From: Eledone cirrhosa
Lineage: Eukaryota
Assembly (NCBI GenBank): GCA_964016885.1
Contig: OZ024740.1
Coordinates: 4,588,001 to 4,652,000 of the forward strand
Direction of reading: 5' to 3'
Length of the DNA: 64,000 bases
How positions within the stretch are numbered: the first letter of the stretch is position 1; the number at the start of each line of letters is the position of its first letter. The notes beneath the pieces are model-generated. The model saw only the letters and a list, made by a program, of their open reading frames with translations. It searched no databases and had not been told where the DNA came from. A program made the translations under genes and the position numbers. Positions 61,301-64,000 of the stretch are shown here, one piece after another.

Positions 61301-64000
61301 CCAGTCCACTCTGTAAAGTGGTAATGCTGATGTCATGATAAAATGCACCCAGTCCACTCTGTAAAGTGGTGGCATTGATGACATGATAAAATACACACCA
61401 GTCCACTCTGTAAAGTGGTAGTGCATATGTCATGATAAAATGCACCCAGTCCACTCTGTAAAGTAGTACGGCTGATGTCATGGTAAAATGCACCCAGTCC
61501 ACTCTGTAATGTGGTAGTGCTGATGTCATGATAAAATGCACCCAGTCCACTCTGTAAAGTGGTGGCATTGATGACATGATAAAATACACCCAGTCCACTC
61601 TGTAAAGTGGTAGTGCTGATGTCATGATAAAATGCACCCAGTCCACTCTGTAAAGTAGTACTGCTGATGTCATGGTAAAATGCACCCAGTCCACTCTGTA
61701 AAGTGGTAGTGCTGAAGTCATGATAAAATGCACCCAGTCCACTCTGTAAAGTGGTAGCATTGATGACATGATAAAATACACCCAGTCCACTCTGTAAAGT
61801 GGTGGGATTGATGACATGATAAAATACACCCAGTCCACTCTGTAAAGTGGTGGCTTTGATGACATGATAAAATACACCCGGTCCACTCTGTAAAGTGGTA
61901 GTGCTGATGTCATGATAAAATGCACCCAGTCCACTCTGTAAAGTGGTAGCATTGATGACATGATAAAATGCACCCAGTCCACTCTGTAAAGTGGTGGCAT
62001 TGATGACATGGTAAAATGCACCCAGTCCACTCTGTAAAGTGGTAGTGCTGATGTCATGATAAAATGCACCCAGTCCACTCTGTAAAGTGGTAGTGCGGAT
62101 GTCATGATAAAATACACCCAGTCCACTCTGTAAAGTGGTGGCATTGATGACATGATAAAATGCACCCAGTCCACTCTGTAAAGTGGTAGTGCTGATGTCA
62201 TGATAAAATACACCCAGTCCACTCTGTAAAGTGGTGGCATTGATGACATGATAAAATGCACCCAGTCCACTCTGTAAAGTGGTACTGCTGATGTCATGAT
62301 AAAATACACCCAGTCCACTCTGTAAAGTGTTGGCATTGATGACATGATAAAATGCACCCAGTCCACTCTGTAAAGTGGTAGTGCTGATGTCATGATAAAA
62401 TACACCCAGTCCACTCTGTAAAGTGGTGGCATTGATGAAATGATAAAATACACCCAGTCCACTCTGTAAAGTGGTAGTGCTGACGTCATGATAAAATGCA
62501 CCCAGTCCACTCTGTAAAGTGGTGGCATTGATGACATGATAAAATGCACCCAGTCCACTCTGTAAAGTGGTAGTGCTGATGTCATGATAAAATGCACCCA
62601 GTCCACTCTGTAAAGTGGTAGTGCTGAGTCATGATAAAATACACCCAGTCCACTCTGTAAAGTGGTGGCATTGATGAAATGATAAAATACACCCAGTCCA
62701 CTCTGTAAAGTGGTAGTGCTGATGTCATGATAAAATGCACCCAGTCCACTCTGTAAAGTAGTAGTGCTGATGTCATGGTAAAATACACCCAGTCCACTCT
62801 GTAAAGTGGTAGTGCTGATGTCATGATAAAATGCACCCAGTCCACTCTGTAAAGTGGTGGCATTGATGACATGATAAAATACACCCAGTCCACTCTGTAA
62901 AGTGGTGGCATTGATGACATGATAAAATACACCCAGTCCACTCTGTAAAGTGGTAGTGCTGATGTCATGATAAAATGCACCCAGTCCACTCTGTAAAGTG
63001 GTGGCATTGATGACATGATAAAATGCACCCAGTCCATTCTGTAAAGTGGTAGTGCTGATGTCATGATAAAATGCACCCAGTCCACACTGTAAAGTGGTGG
63101 CATTGATGACATGATAAAATGCACCCAGTCCACTCTGTAAAGTGGTGGCATTGATGACATGATAAAATACACCCAGTCCACTCTGAAAGTGGTATTGATG
63201 ATGTCATGATAAAATGCACCCAGTCCACTCTGTAAAGTAGTAGTGCTGATGTCATGGTAAAATACACCCAGTCTACTCTGTAAAGTGGTTGTGCTGATGT
63301 CATGATAAAATGCACCCAGTCAGTCCACTCTGTAAAGTGGTGGCATTGATGACATGATAAAATACACCCAGTCCACCCTGTAAAGTGGTAGCATTGATGA
63401 CATGATAAAATACACCCAGTCCACTCTGTAAAGTGGTAGTGCTGATGTCATGATAAAATGCACCCAGTCCACTCTGTAAAGTGGTGGCATTGATGACATG
63501 ATAAAATGCACCAAGTCCACTCTGTAAAGTGGTAGTGCTGATGTCATGATAAAATGCACCCAGTCCACACTGTAAAGTGGTGGCATTGATGACATGATAA
63601 AATGCATCCAGTCCACTCTGTAAAGTGGTGGCATTGATGACATGATAAAATGCACCCAGTCCACTCTGTAAAGTGGTGGCATTGATGACATGATAAAATG
63701 CACCCAGTCCACTCTGTAAAGTGGTGGCATTGATGTCATGATAAAATGCACCCAGTCCACTCTGTAAAGTGGTACTGCTGATGTCATGATAAAATACACC
63801 CAGTCCACTCTGTAAAGTGTTGGCATTGATGACATGATAAAATGCACTCAGTCCACTCTGTAAAGTGGTAGTGCTGATGTCATGGTAAAATACACCCAGT
63901 CCACTCTGTAAAGTGGTGGCAATTGATGACATGATAAAATACACCCAGTCCACTCTGTAAAGTGGTGGCATTGATGTCATGATACAATACACCCAGTCCA
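40330..64000. repeat. 48-bp tandem satellite array (~490 copies in the window), consensus CACCCAGTCCACTCTGTAAAGTGGTGGCATTGATG(A/T/G)CATGATAAAATA; continues past the window end
   Basis: Unit read directly (e.g. 40371-40418). All ORFs over this region show 16-aa periodicity. Confidence 0.99.

Noticed and set aside
40314-63992. Giant ORFs (up to 2636 aa) as real protein-coding genes
   Set aside because: They are pure 16-aa periodic translations of a 48-bp satellite, open in overlapping frames, with no unique domains and with frame switches at indels.
1-64000. CRISPR array interpretation of either satellite
   Set aside because: Monomers are head-to-tail with no unique spacers, there are no cas genes, and the context is eukaryotic.
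55640-64000. Hammerhead within the 48-bp monomer (GCTGATGTCATGATAAAA)
   Set aside because: The core is usually CTGATGT, there is no GAAA box, and stems II and III are not consistent. The only clear structure is the small CCACT/AGTGG hairpin.

Overview
Eukaryotic, gene-poor, repeat-dominated window. It is most likely cephalopod (Octopus-like), inferred from recognisable SINE motifs, RTE LINEs and (TA)n microsatellites. Two large satellite arrays, a 41-bp unit at 1-~30883 (~750 copies) and a 48-bp unit at ~40330-64000 (~490 copies, running off the end), enclose a ~9.4-kb island of retroelement debris. The island holds a tRNA-type SINE with a 16-bp target-site duplication (TSD), CR1-like and RTE LINE fragments, and a 5'-truncated RTE with a PHD-like finger. 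No intact host gene is supported, and the giant minus-strand ORFs are translations of the 48-bp satellite. Main discovery: five minimal type I hammerhead ribozyme motifs of three families in 34.8-39.5 kb. They lie in short (TA)n-flanked non-coding elements arranged as nested inverted repeats, and one family has a compensatory U3:A8 catalytic core. Second discovery: the 48-bp satellite appears to be an amplified internal segment of a SINE, a decayed copy of which lies at ~33960-34143.
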